DNA of 64,000 bases. It comes from an uncultured Chloroflexia bacterium. Its GTDB lineage: Bacteria > Chloroflexota > Anaerolineae > CG2-30-64-16. Positions 54,934-64,000 of this stretch are shown in pieces (position 1 is the stretch's first letter; the number at the start of each line of letters is the position of its first letter). Position numbers and translations under genes: made by a program. The stretch covers positions 384,001-448,000 of the forward strand of contig CAWEMM010000012.1 of the NCBI GenBank assembly GCA_963810095.1, in the 5' to 3' direction. A model generated the notes under the pieces. The model had not been told where the DNA came from and ran no database searches. It saw only the letters and a program-made list of their open reading frames with translations.

Positions 54934-56127
54934 CTAGTACTTCAAGTCGACGGTCCGGCGCTCGCTGGCCGATTCCACGATGCCGTCGCAGACGACCGCA
55001 TTGCGGTAGCCGTCTTCGAAGTCCGCGGCGAGCGGCGCCACGTCCTTGTTGTTAACGATGCAGTCGAGCAGGTGGTTGATTTCGTGCACAAAGCTGTGCT
55101 CCCACCCGATGATGTGGCCGTGGGGCCACCAGTTGCCGATCCAGGGATGATCCCCTTCGGTCACGAGCACCCGGTGCCAGCCCTGGGTTGCCTTAGGATC
55201 TTCGCCGACCCAGAAGACTTCCAGCTCGTTCATGCGCTCGAGATCGAAGCGGATGGACCCCTTCTCGCCGTTGATTTCCCAGCAGTTGTAGTTCTTCCGC
55301 CCGGCGGCGAAGCGGCTCGCCTCCAACGTGCCGATCGCGCCGTTCTCGAACTCGAACGTCGCGGCGAACGCGTCGTCCACGTCCACTTCCCACGGGGTAC
55401 CATCCGGCAGGTAGCGAGTCGGGATGAAGGTCTTGGTCATGGCTTGCAAGCTCTTCACCTCGCCGCACAGGAACCGGCTCAGGTCGATGATGTGCGAGCC
55501 CAGGTCGCCCAGCGCGCCGCTGCCCGCGACCTGCTTGTTCAGGCGCCAGATCTGCCCCGTGTCGTAGTGGGGCATGATCCATTCCTGCAGGTACACCGCC
55601 CGGAAGTGATAGATCTTGCCGAGCTTGCCCCCGGCGATCAAGTCGCGCGCCAGGCGAATGGCGGGCACGAAGCGATAGTTGTGCGCGACCATGTGCTTTA
55701 CGCCGGTCTTCGCCACCGCCTGCCACATCTCGTAGCCTTCCGCCGCGGTGCGCGAGAGCGGCTTCTCGCACAAGACATGTTTGCCGGCCTGCGCTGCGGC
55801 GATGGTCGGCTCCGCGTGCATGTCGCCCGGCCCGCCGTTGTCGAAGAGCTGAACTTCCGGGTCCTCGATCAGCTTGTGCCAGTCGGTGTAATAGCGGTCG
55901 TAGCCGAAGCGCCGGCACGCTTCCGCGACCCCTGCTTCGTTCCGTCCGGCAATCGCGACCAGGTGGGGCACCGCAACCGGCGGGTACATCATGTACGGCA
56001 GCTTCTTGTATGCGTTCGAGTGCGCCTTGCCCATGAACGCGTAGCCGAGCATGCCGACGCCGACGGTCGGGGCCTCTTCTGCGCCGCCCGTCGCAGCCAT
56101 CTTCGTAAACGACTGTCCTTCCGCCAT
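54934..56127 (-). CDS. Gfo/Idh/MocA oxidoreductase (levoglucosan/glycoside 3-dehydrogenase-like)
   Basis: GYAFMGKAHS, CEKP, NYRFVPA, YLQEW, GALGDLGSH. Confidence 0.85.
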   Translation of the reverse strand: MAEGQSFTKMAATGGAEEAPTVGVGMLGYAFMGKAHSNAYKKLPYMMYPPVAVPHLVAIAGRNEAGVAEACRRFGYDRYYTDWHKLIEDPEVQLFDNGGPGDMHAEPTIAAAQAGKHVLCEKPLSRTAAEGYEMWQAVAKTGVKHMVAHNYRFVPAIRLARDLIAGGKLGKIYHFRAVYLQEWIMPHYDTGQIWRLNKQVAGSGALGDLGSHIIDLSRFLCGEVKSLQAMTKTFIPTRYLPDGTPWEVDVDDAFAATFEFENGAIGTLEASRFAAGRKNYNCWEINGEKGSIRFDLERMNELEVFWVGEDPKATQGWHRVLVTEGDHPWIGNWWPHGHIIGWEHSFVHEINHLLDCIVNNKDVAPLAADFEDGYRNAVVCDGIVESASERRTVDLKY

Positions 56128-56138
56128 GGTGTTCTCCT

Positions 56139-57143
56139 TCAGTCTTTCGAGGCGAACGCAGCGTCGAAGAGCACGTCCGACGGCGCAAAGTCGAGCTTCT
56201 TCACGAACGCAGCGGCCTCGGTTGCGCCGTGCTCTCGATCCATATTGCCGTCTTCCCACTCGACCGAGAGCGGGCCCTGGTAGCCGATGCTGTTCAGCGC
56301 CCGGATGATGCCCTCGAAGTCGATCCGACCGCGGCCGAGCGAGCGGAAGTCCCAGAAGCGCCGGGCATCGCCGAAGTTAAGATGCCCGCCGAAGACGCCC
56401 GCCTCAGTGGGCACGGACGACCACCACACATCCTTCATGTGGACGTGGTAGATCCGGTCCGCGAATTTGCGGATGAACCCGACGTAGTCGACGCCCTGGT
56501 AGCCGAAATGGCTCGGATCATAGTTGAACCCGAACGCGGGATGATAATCCAGCGCCTTGAGCGCGTTCTCGGCGCTTGCAACGTCGAAAGCGATCTCGGT
56601 CGGGTGGACTTCCAGTGCATACCGGACGCCAACTTCCTGGTAGCAGTCCATGATCGGCTTCCACATCTCGGCGAAGAACTTCAGGCCCTTCTCAAGGTAG
56701 TCCGCGGGGTTGGGCGGGAAGGAGTAGACCATGTGCCAGATGGGCGAGCCGGTGAACCCCGGCACCACCTTGAGCCCCATCTTGGCCGCGGCGATCGCAG
56801 TGTTTTGAATCTCTTGCGCCGCCCGGCGCCGCACGCCGTCTTCCTTGCCGTCACCGTAGATGCGTGGGGGCAAGATGCTCGCATGTCGCTCGTCGATCCG
56901 ATCGCACACAGCCTGACCCACAAGATGCGCGCTGATCGCATAGCACTGCAGACCGTACTTGTTCAGGATGTCCCAGCGTCCGCGCACATAGGCGTCGTCC
57001 TCGAGCGCCTTGTCGACTTCGAAGTGATCGCCCCAGCACGCGATTTCGACGCCATCATAACCAAACTGCTTGGCCTTCTGGCAGATGGTTTCGAACGGCA
57101 GATCGGCCCACTGGCCGGTAAACAAAGTGACAGGTCGTCCCAT
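56139..57143 (-). CDS. Sugar phosphate isomerase/epimerase TIM barrel (AP_endonuc_2)
   Basis: [34 protein letters not shown]. Confidence 0.85.
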   Translation of the reverse strand: MGRPVTLFTGQWADLPFETICQKAKQFGYDGVEIACWGDHFEVDKALEDDAYVRGRWDILNKYGLQCYAISAHLVGQAVCDRIDERHASILPPRIYGDGKEDGVRRRAAQEIQNTAIAAAKMGLKVVPGFTGSPIWHMVYSFPPNPADYLEKGLKFFAEMWKPIMDCYQEVGVRYALEVHPTEIAFDVASAENALKALDYHPAFGFNYDPSHFGYQGVDYVGFIRKFADRIYHVHMKDVWWSSVPTEAGVFGGHLNFGDARRFWDFRSLGRGRIDFEGIIRALNSIGYQGPLSVEWEDGNMDREHGATEAAAFVKKLDFAPSDVLFDAAFASKD

Positions 57144-57177
57144 GACTGAATCTCCTTTGATTGGTAAAGCAACGGTA

Positions 57178-57229
57178 ACCACAAGGGCACTAAGGCGCCA
57201 GGTTCTTCCCTGGCTCGTGTCTTCGTGGT
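57178..57229. repeat. 8-nt-period inverted-repeat element (degenerate)
   Basis: ACCACAAGGGCACTAAGG...CTCGTGTCTTCGTGGT. Confidence 0.5.
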
Positions 57230-57236
57230 GAAAGGA

Positions 57237-58085
57237 CTATTCCGCTCCCAACGACTTGAGAAACTCGTAGCTCTGCTTGACGGCCGCGTCGCCCGCGATC
57301 TCGAGCGTGCTGTAGCCGTCATAGCCGCCGTCGACGAGCGCCTTGTACACGCCGGCAATGTCGACGCACCCCGTGCCGAGCGCCGTGCCCGACATCCCCG
57401 CGCCGAACATCTTGCCCCGGTTGGCCTCCATCTCGATGCCCCAGTCCTTCCAATGCACGTGGTGGATTTGGGGCGCGAGCCGTTTGACCATCGCGACTGG
57501 ATCGGTGCCGCCCAGCCACGAGTTGCCAGAGTCGAAGTTGACACCCAGCGCCGGCGAGTCACACAACTCCAGGATCTTCTCCATGTGGTCGATCGAGTCC
57601 GTGTACTTGCCGTGCGGCTCCAACAGGATCTTGACGCCGTGATCCTCGGCCACTCGCAGCGGCTCATACAACCGCTCGCGGATGAGGAACAGGGCCTCTT
57701 TGTCGGTCAGGTTGTGACCGAACGCCGTCTTCGGGTCGCCCTCCGACGTGATGACATGCTCTACGCCCACCGCGGCCGCGTTGCGCACGGCCTTGATGAT
57801 CTGCATGGTGCCGAAGCGCCACGGCGCGGTCGGGTCTAGCAGGTTCGCGTGCGCGCACCAGGTCGTGATCTTCAGCCCGCGCTCATCGAACATGCGCTTG
57901 ATGTCGAACGGGTTGGCGTCCAGGCTTGCCACGGCCGCAAAGCCATACTCGACGCCCATGCTTCCGCCGTCCGTGCTATCCGTGACGTCCGCATACTTGA
58001 AGCCCCAATCCCGAATCCGGTCGAGTTGGTGCTCCAACACGGAGAACGGATCGATCAACGCAAAACAACCGACTTTGATCGCCAT
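57237..58085 (-). CDS. Sugar phosphate isomerase/epimerase TIM barrel (AP_endonuc_2)
   Basis: LEPHG, NFDSGN, HVHWKD, TLE. Confidence 0.85.
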   Translation of the reverse strand: MAIKVGCFALIDPFSVLEHQLDRIRDWGFKYADVTDSTDGGSMGVEYGFAAVASLDANPFDIKRMFDERGLKITTWCAHANLLDPTAPWRFGTMQIIKAVRNAAAVGVEHVITSEGDPKTAFGHNLTDKEALFLIRERLYEPLRVAEDHGVKILLEPHGKYTDSIDHMEKILELCDSPALGVNFDSGNSWLGGTDPVAMVKRLAPQIHHVHWKDWGIEMEANRGKMFGAGMSGTALGTGCVDIAGVYKALVDGGYDGYSTLEIAGDAAVKQSYEFLKSLGAE

Positions 58086-58187
58086 AGTGCCCTCCTAGCA
58101 ACCAAATTCGCACCGCTAAGAACCGAAGAAGCGAAGGTTTACAAAGCGCAGTGCCTTTGTGAATCCTTGATTCTTCGGTGCTTCCTG

Positions 58188-59429
58188 TTAGCGTGCCGTA
58201 TATTCGCGCGTGAAGTCGAACATCGCCTTCAGGTTTTCCGGCCGGGCCTCGTCCAGCATCACGGCTGCGTCCATGATCAGGCCGGGCTTGCCCTGGGTGT
58301 AGTCGATGATCCGCTTGCAGTACGCCTTGACGTCGTCGGGCGTGCCGCCCAGCAGCATCACGTTCGGCACGTTGCCCATCAGGCAGACCTTGCCGCCCAG
58401 GCAATCCCATGCCCGTTCGAAATTCGTGTTCGACAGGTGGTAGATGATCTTGCCCTCGGGGATGTCCGCGACGTGCTCCAGGCGGCTCTCCCAGTCGGCC
58501 TCCCAGTATACGATCGGCGTGACGCCCTTTTCGATCAGCCCGAGCAGGCCCTTGCGCAGGTACGGCCAGTAGAATTCCTTGAACTGCGCGTCAGACATGA
58601 ACTCGCGCGTCGACTTGTGGACCCACGTCCAGGCGAACGGCAGATCGGCCCCCGCGGCGCCCGAGCCGTATTCGATGAAGATCTTCGTCGCGACTTCCAG
58701 CGCGTCGTGGAGCTTGGACGGGCGCCGGCGCATGTCGGCCAGGATGTTGCGCGTGCCGCGCAGCGTGTCGCCGATGATGTCGAAGGGCGGCCAGTCCCAG
58801 GCCGCAAAGGCGAGCGGGTATCCCTTCGCCTTCATCTCGCCCCAGTAGGTGAACTGCGAGTCCCACCAGCGCTGCGTCTCTTCCGCCGCGGCCTGCACGG
58901 CCTTGAGGCTCGCCTGAAACTCTGGGGAGAGCCAAAAGAAGTTCACGTTCATCCAGCCGGTCCACATGAAGCGGCGCCACGGGATCGCGTTGGCAAAGCC
59001 CTCCATGGCCCCAAGCTGTCGAGGGGCCCACTTGCTGAACATGAACGCCGACGGGTCGTAGACGAATTCGTCGTATTCGTCGCCCTTCATGTACTCGCCG
59101 TCAAGGTACTGGTACATGTCGTCGTCGCCCAAGCCGTGGCCGGGCCACTTAAACGCCTTCCAATCCCACAGCTCCAGCGCGGGCGCGGGGTAGGGAAAGA
59201 TCGGCCCGAAATCGCAATCGGGCTGGAAGTAGTCGCGGAACTTGTGGCAGGCTTCGCGGGCGGCCGGATAGTCGTTCATGGCCTGCTTGTAGGTCATGCC
59301 GGCAAACTGGTACGGATACTTCTGGAAGGGGCCAAACACCGGGATTTGATCCGCGGGCCGGCATGCGGCGGCATTGAGGATGCGCGCTTGGCGCTCCTGG
59401 TAAAGCTGTTCGGGGGTCTTGTCTGACAT
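58188..59429 (-). CDS. Uroporphyrinogen decarboxylase-family protein (putative substrate:corrinoid methyltransferase)
   Basis: DQIPV, FMSDAQFKEFYWP, CLMGNVP, GTPDDV, ENLKAM; adjacent to the corrinoid protein. Confidence 0.8.
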   Translation of the reverse strand: MSDKTPEQLYQERQARILNAAACRPADQIPVFGPFQKYPYQFAGMTYKQAMNDYPAAREACHKFRDYFQPDCDFGPIFPYPAPALELWDWKAFKWPGHGLGDDDMYQYLDGEYMKGDEYDEFVYDPSAFMFSKWAPRQLGAMEGFANAIPWRRFMWTGWMNVNFFWLSPEFQASLKAVQAAAEETQRWWDSQFTYWGEMKAKGYPLAFAAWDWPPFDIIGDTLRGTRNILADMRRRPSKLHDALEVATKIFIEYGSGAAGADLPFAWTWVHKSTREFMSDAQFKEFYWPYLRKGLLGLIEKGVTPIVYWEADWESRLEHVADIPEGKIIYHLSNTNFERAWDCLGGKVCLMGNVPNVMLLGGTPDDVKAYCKRIIDYTQGKPGLIMDAAVMLDEARPENLKAMFDFTREYTAR

Positions 59430-59438
59430 GGTGGTCTC

Positions 59439-60083
59439 CTATGCGGTCCAGCTCTGGGCGAGCCGCACGGCTGCCGCGGCGTCCGCGCCGTACGCGTCCG
59501 CACCGACGAACTTGGCGGCCGCATCGTCCATGATGGCGCCCCCGATCATGATCTTCACGCCGTCGCGTAGGCCGGCGGCCTGGATCGCGTCGACGGTCCG
59601 TTTCATCTGCTCGTAGGCCATCGTCAGGAAGCCGCTCATGCCCACGATATCGGGCTTGATCTCCTGGATCTTGCTGACGAACGTGGCTTCGGGCACGTCC
59701 ACGCCGAGGTCGTGGACGGCGAAGTTGTTGACGTCGAGCATGAAACTCACCACGTCTTTACCGATGTCGTGGATATCGCCGGCAACCGTGCCAATCAGCA
59801 CGGTCCCGCGCTTCGCGGCCTGGGTCGCCTGGCCAGCCAGGCGGGGTTTCGCCAGGTCCCCGATGGCCTTCATCATGTCGCCCGCAATGATCAGCTCGGG
59901 CAGGAAGTACTCCCTGGAATCGAAGCGCTGGCCGACGATCGTCATTGCTTCGCTGGCGGCGCTCAAGACCGCCTGGGGGTCTACCCCATCATCCAGCATC
60001 GCCTGGGCCAATTGCAGGGCCTCTTCTTCCCTCATGTCGGCGATAGCGGCGACCAGTTGGTCGCGTTCAAGTTGTTCTTTCAC
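59439..60083 (-). CDS. Corrinoid (cobalamin-binding) protein, MtaC/MtbC-like
   Basis: Cap domain (YFLPELI), DIHDIG B12 motif, GMSG, MIGGA. Confidence 0.92.
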   Translation of the reverse strand: MKEQLERDQLVAAIADMREEEALQLAQAMLDDGVDPQAVLSAASEAMTIVGQRFDSREYFLPELIIAGDMMKAIGDLAKPRLAGQATQAAKRGTVLIGTVAGDIHDIGKDVVSFMLDVNNFAVHDLGVDVPEATFVSKIQEIKPDIVGMSGFLTMAYEQMKRTVDAIQAAGLRDGVKIMIGGAIMDDAAAKFVGADAYGADAAAAVRLAQSWTA

Positions 60084-60128
60084 TGTGTACACTCCGTGCT
60101 GCGATGGTGCTGCAGTATCTTACTTCGG

Positions 60129-60845
60129 TTACACCGTGCCGGCAGACCGCAGGCGGCGGTGGTTGCGGTGGTTGCAGCGGTCCCGGATGGTGCAGAAGTC
60201 GCAGTTGCTGGCGCCCTCGACGCCCAGCGGGCCGGGACCCATGCCCATGATCAGCGACAGCGATTTCATAGGCGTCATTACCAGCGACTCCGTCAGGGTC
60301 ACGCCGATTTCGCGTGTCCCCTCTGCGAGCAGCGCGAAAATGACTGACTGTTCAGACACCGGCCACGCGGATTCGCCGGGCGAGAGCGCCGTGCTCGCGC
60401 GCCAGCCCCGTGCGGTTGCCTGAGTCTCGATCGTCTGGCAGAGCTGTTGGCGCACCTGGTCGACGGCCCACGAGCCCAGGTCGTCCAGAAACATGGCCCG
60501 CAGCCGCTTCCCGCCGTGCTGGTGCTCAGTGATCCGCCGGCTGATTTCCGCGCCGGCGGTGCAGACCCCCACTACTAGCTCGGCTGCGCCCGCCACCACT
60601 TCGGCGACGGGACCGCCGCCCAATCGGGTGCCGTCCGCAAGCACGAGGCGCTCGTGGCGAAACTCGCGAATGCCGAAACTGTCCCACGCGGCCGCGGGCC
60701 TGAGCGTTTCTGCCGCGTCGGCGAGCGCGCCTTCCCAGTCCGCATACACCCCGGGCCGCGTCAGCAGCTTCGGTAGGGTGCCGCCTACCTGGGCGATGTA
60801 CTGCTCCGCATCGAAGCGGAGGTCCCAATCGTGACTGGTCTGCAT
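60129..60845 (-). CDS. Methionine synthase activation-domain-like protein
   Basis: CTAG, SPG...W...Q...F, IGVTLTESLVMTPMKSLS, C-terminal CxxC...C. Confidence 0.72.
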   Translation of the reverse strand: MQTSHDWDLRFDAEQYIAQVGGTLPKLLTRPGVYADWEGALADAAETLRPAAAWDSFGIREFRHERLVLADGTRLGGGPVAEVVAGAAELVVGVCTAGAEISRRITEHQHGGKRLRAMFLDDLGSWAVDQVRQQLCQTIETQATARGWRASTALSPGESAWPVSEQSVIFALLAEGTREIGVTLTESLVMTPMKSLSLIMGMGPGPLGVEGASNCDFCTIRDRCNHRNHRRLRSAGTV

Positions 60846-60860
60846 TGACTCCGGCCCTTG

Positions 60861-60909
60861 CGAGATCAGACCTGGCAAGGCCCCGCAGGACCCGCCAGGT
60901 CTGATCTCG
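60861..60909. repeat. REP-like palindrome, 16-bp perfect arms
   Basis: CGAGATCAGACCTGGC (60861-60876) / GCCAGGTCTGATCTCG (60894-60909). Confidence 0.7.
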
Positions 60910-60918
60910 TGTGGACCC

Positions 60919-61767
60919 CTACGCCATCAGCTTCTTCAGGAAGGCCATGCCTTCCACGCCGAGGTGCTCGGGGCTTTCGAACAGCGGGCGCCACACAGCG
61001 GCTGCCCGGGCAATCTCCTTCACTTCTGTGGAGAAGGACTCGATGACCATCGCGCCGCCGTAGTTGATCTTCTTCAGCGCCTCGCCGACCTCGTCCCACG
61101 CAACGTGGCCGCTGCCGGGCACGCCGCGATCGTTCTCGTTCGCATGAACGTGGTACAGCTTAGGCCCGGCCATTTCGATGGCCTTGCCGAGGTGCTTCTC
61201 CTCGATGTTGCCGTGGAACGTGTCGATCATCACGCCGCAGGCGGGGCTGGCCACCAGTTCGACCAACTCAAGCGCCTGCTCCATGAGGTTAATGAAGCTG
61301 GTCTCGAAGCGATTGAGTGGCTCGAGGGCCAGCTTGACCCCCCGCTCGCCCGCATAATCGGCAGCGATGCGCAGGTTCTTGGCCGTGCGCGCCAGGTCTT
61401 CTTTGCGCATCTCCGGCGTCTGCTGCCACTGGCGGCCGACGGCCGAGTAGAGCGGTCCGCCGAGCACATGGCCGCCGAACGCGGCACACGCGTCGATGCA
61501 GTGCTTCAGGTAAGTGACACCCGCTTCCTGGATCACCGGGTCGGGGTGCGACGGGTCGCGGCTGGCGCCCATCACCGCACAGATGCTGGCTGCCAGTCCC
61601 GCGTCCTTGAACGCGTCACACCCAGCGTCCAGATCGACGTCGCCAATGCTCTCGATGGGGATTTCTAACAGGTCGAAGCCCACCTGCTTGGCCACCTTGA
61701 GGAAGTGCAGGTCCTTGGTCTGGAACGGCGAGGCATAGACGAATGAGTTAATCCCGTACTGGATCAT
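60919..61767 (-). CDS. D-psicose/D-tagatose 3-epimerase-family protein
   Basis: GGPLYS, LEPLNRFET, DTFH, HANENDRG, IESF, AVWR. Confidence 0.85.
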   Translation of the reverse strand: MIQYGINSFVYASPFQTKDLHFLKVAKQVGFDLLEIPIESIGDVDLDAGCDAFKDAGLAASICAVMGASRDPSHPDPVIQEAGVTYLKHCIDACAAFGGHVLGGPLYSAVGRQWQQTPEMRKEDLARTAKNLRIAADYAGERGVKLALEPLNRFETSFINLMEQALELVELVASPACGVMIDTFHGNIEEKHLGKAIEMAGPKLYHVHANENDRGVPGSGHVAWDEVGEALKKINYGGAMVIESFSTEVKEIARAAAVWRPLFESPEHLGVEGMAFLKKLMA

Positions 61768-61783
61768 GGTCGTTTTCCCTTTC

Positions 61784-61843
61784 GTAAGGGCGAGGCATTC
61801 TGGATGCCGGCGCCTGCCGGCATCCAGAATGCCTCGCCCCTAC
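61784..61843. repeat. GTAG-type REP palindrome, 24-bp perfect stem
   Basis: GTAA-GGGCGAGGCATTCTGGATGCCGGC-GCCT-GCCGGCATCCAGAATGCCTCGCCC-CTAC. Confidence 0.8.
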
Positions 61844-61846
61844 AAC

Positions 61847-62911
61847 CTACGGCACGATCTGGACTTTGATCGGGTTGTCGACCCGGTTCTTCAGGTCGAT
61901 GATCGCCTGCGCGGCTTCGCTGAGCGGCCGGCTCTGCGACACCAGTGGCTCGAGGTTGAGCAGACCTTCCGCGATCATGGCGATCGTCTGCGGCCAGACG
62001 CCCGGCGCGAGCCAGGATGCCCGGATCTGCTTGTCGGCCTCGTGGAATGACACCGCGGGGATGTGGATCACGTCATTCTTGTCAGGCCCGCCGAAATGCA
62101 CCAGGATTGCGCCACCGGCGGTCACGTCGAGCGCCTGCTCGAAGGCCGAGTTGGCCGCAGTCGGGTTGATCGCCCGCTCGACCATCTTGCCGTTCGTCAC
62201 GTCGGCGATGGCGGCCTTCAGGTCCTTGGCGTAGTACGGGGACTTCTCATCCTTCGTGTTGATAATGCAGTCTGCGCCCCACTTCTTCGCCTCTTCCAGG
62301 CGGTAATCGCGCGTGCCGACCATGATGACCTTGCCCGCGCCCGTCTTCTTCGCGATCTGCGTCATCATGATCCCGATCGGGCCGGGGCCGAAGATAGCGA
62401 CCGATTGGCCGGGCACGATCTCGAGCTTGTTCATGGCGTAGACCGCGCAGGCGAGCGGTTCGATAAACGCGCCGGCCTCGTAGCTGACATTGTCCGCCAG
62501 CTTGAACAGGCCCGTGTAGCGCGAAACGACGTACTCGGCGAACGCACCATCCGCATTCACGCCCGGCACGTAGAGGTTCGAGCAGAGGTTCGTCTTGCCG
62601 CTGGCACAGTTGTAGCACGCGTTGCAGTGCTGCACCGGGTTGACGACCACACGGTCGCCGGGTTTGAACAGGCCCATGCTTTTCGGAATTGCGCCGACTT
62701 CTACAACCTCGCCCGTGAACTCATGGCCGAGAATGATGGGCATCTTTCCGGTCAGCATCGAGCCAAAGTAATACCCCACGTCAGACCCGCAGATGCCGCA
62801 GTTCTTGACGCGCACCAGCACGTCACCCTCGCCAATCTGGGGGACGGGTACATCGGCCATCTCGATCTTTTCGAATTCGGTGAGAATGGCCGCCTTCATG
62901 AGTTCTGCCAT
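61847..62911 (-). CDS. Zn-dependent alcohol/polyol dehydrogenase (MDR family)
   Basis: CGICGSD, GHE, CNACYNC...C, EPLAC, GPGPIG; AGGAG before ATG 62911. Confidence 0.92.
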   Translation of the reverse strand: MAELMKAAILTEFEKIEMADVPVPQIGEGDVLVRVKNCGICGSDVGYYFGSMLTGKMPIILGHEFTGEVVEVGAIPKSMGLFKPGDRVVVNPVQHCNACYNCASGKTNLCSNLYVPGVNADGAFAEYVVSRYTGLFKLADNVSYEAGAFIEPLACAVYAMNKLEIVPGQSVAIFGPGPIGIMMTQIAKKTGAGKVIMVGTRDYRLEEAKKWGADCIINTKDEKSPYYAKDLKAAIADVTNGKMVERAINPTAANSAFEQALDVTAGGAILVHFGGPDKNDVIHIPAVSFHEADKQIRASWLAPGVWPQTIAMIAEGLLNLEPLVSQSRPLSEAAQAIIDLKNRVDNPIKVQIVP

Positions 62912-62939
62912 GTTGATTTCTCCTGTCAAAACCAGCTTC

Positions 62940-63012
62940 AACACAAAGACACAAAGACACAAAGTTCAAGAGATCATCTCTGTCAGCCGTTGTGTCTTGG
63001 TGTCTTTGTGTT
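62940..63012. repeat. 8-nt-period inverted-repeat element (ACACAAAG)3
   Basis: AACACAAAGACACAAAGACACAAAG...TTGTGTCTTGGTGTCTTTGTGTT. Confidence 0.7.
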
Positions 63013-63018
63013 TTGGCC

Positions 63019-63924
63019 TTATGCGCCGTACTTTTCGACCAGGTTGTCCATGTACTGCTTCGCGGGGCCGGTGGCTTCGAGCGCACCTTCCCAGAAGCAC
63101 AGGTCGATGGGCCACCAGTCTTCGGTGTAGCCCGCGTCCTTCAGCGCCTGCACGATCGACGGGAAGTCCAGAATGCCCTTCCCGAACGGCGCGTGCGTCG
63201 ACGTGTCGCCGTCGTGCAGCGTCTCGTCCGAGTCGATGAAGTGGACGTGCTTGATCCAGCCGGTCAGCATGTGCGCGAACTGGACCACGCCGCCGGGCAG
63301 CGTCTCCTTCTCGCCCATTTGCCGCGCGCCCACCACCGAGCACATGTGCGCGTGGCAGGAGTCAAACAGCACGCCGAAGTTCTTGTGGCCCACGGCATAG
63401 CACATGCGCACGACTTCGCTGGGCTTGTTGAAGAGGAAACCGGGCTCAAATTCCCAGATGAAGTCGATGCCATGCGCGCCGCACACTTTCGAGGCTTCGC
63501 GGAAAGCATGGGCGGTGCGCCAGAAGCACGTCTCATAGTCCATCCCGCCGGGGATTGCAGTCGGCGGGACGATCGTGTCGGTGCGCATCTTCTTCGTGCC
63601 CAGCACTTCGCAGATTGCGACATTGTGCAGCACGACGTCCAGGTAGTCCGGAATGCTCGCCAGCATGGGCGGCACCTTGCCGAAGTCCGCTGCGATGCCA
63701 GACACGGCGAGGCCGTGGTCGTCCAGCAACTTCTTGACCTCGCGGACCTTGTTCAGGTCGCTGGCTTCGTCCGTCGAGAGGTGGGGCGCGAAAATGCCCA
63801 ACTCGACGCCGTCGAACTTGTATTCCTGCAGCTTGTTGGCCACGACGTCCAGGTCGATTGGCTTATCTGCATAACCGCCCCAGATGTACGCCCAAGTGCC
63901 GACCGAAATCTTCTTCTTAGCCAT
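63019..63924 (-). CDS. Sugar phosphate isomerase/epimerase TIM barrel
   Basis: FDGVEL, WEFEPG, FDSCH, HVHFID, HAPFGKG. Confidence 0.85.
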   Translation of the reverse strand: MAKKKISVGTWAYIWGGYADKPIDLDVVANKLQEYKFDGVELGIFAPHLSTDEASDLNKVREVKKLLDDHGLAVSGIAADFGKVPPMLASIPDYLDVVLHNVAICEVLGTKKMRTDTIVPPTAIPGGMDYETCFWRTAHAFREASKVCGAHGIDFIWEFEPGFLFNKPSEVVRMCYAVGHKNFGVLFDSCHAHMCSVVGARQMGEKETLPGGVVQFAHMLTGWIKHVHFIDSDETLHDGDTSTHAPFGKGILDFPSIVQALKDAGYTEDWWPIDLCFWEGALEATGPAKQYMDNLVEKYGA

Positions 63925-63954
63925 CAAAGCCTCCTTGTTTTGATCTCGTTGGGT

Positions 63955-64000
63955 TCACGCGTATTTCTTCAGATACGGGATGTCCAGGTTGATGTCGGGC
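63955..64000 (-). CDS. 3' end of an upstream CDS (partial)
   Basis: ...PDINLDIPYLKKYA-stop with typical codon usage, 30 nt before the next start. Confidence 0.55.
   Translation of the reverse strand, partial: PDINLDIPYLKKYA

Noticed and set aside
53995-56283. Long antisense ORFs (762 aa here; also 682..1881, 28637..30232, 34236..35810, 43107..44738, 57849..59426)
   Set aside because: Shadow ORFs typical of high-GC DNA, lying opposite genes with clear family motifs.
58188-59429. True uroporphyrinogen decarboxylase (hemE)
   Set aside because: Lacks the HemE PxWxMRQAGR motif and sits next to a corrinoid protein, not heme genes.

Overview
GC-rich bacterial chromosomal window. Gene content and repeat types are most consistent with Chloroflexota/Anaerolineae (inference). 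It is densely coding, with about 50 CDS, one tRNA-Pro(GGG), and no CRISPR array, transposase or phage genes. Housekeeping genes include gltX, rpiB, fmt, recJ, nadCAB and a glyA-gcvT fusion. Five genes carry single frameshifts (gltX, nadB, a PfkB kinase, a PA14 protein, a PhcB-like protein), most likely sequencing/assembly errors. The best candidates for undescribed biology are: (1) an operon of SAM methyltransferase, GH3-family amide synthetase, multi-TM GAF/HisKA_2 sensor, REC-HisKA_3 hybrid kinase and NarL regulator, resembling a signal synthesis-plus-sensing system; (2) a sugar dehydrogenase/epimerase/isomerase cluster with an embedded corrinoid methyl-transfer module; (3) a molybdenum hydroxylase inside the de novo NAD operon; (4) tandem degenerate PhcB-like methyltransferase paralogues; (5) a terminator enclosing twin identical hairpins upstream of a PdtaS/ANTAR pair. 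Intergenic regions carry several distinct REP/MITE-like inverted-repeat families and one ~132-bp tandem triplication. All family calls come from motifs recognised by eye; no database searches were run.
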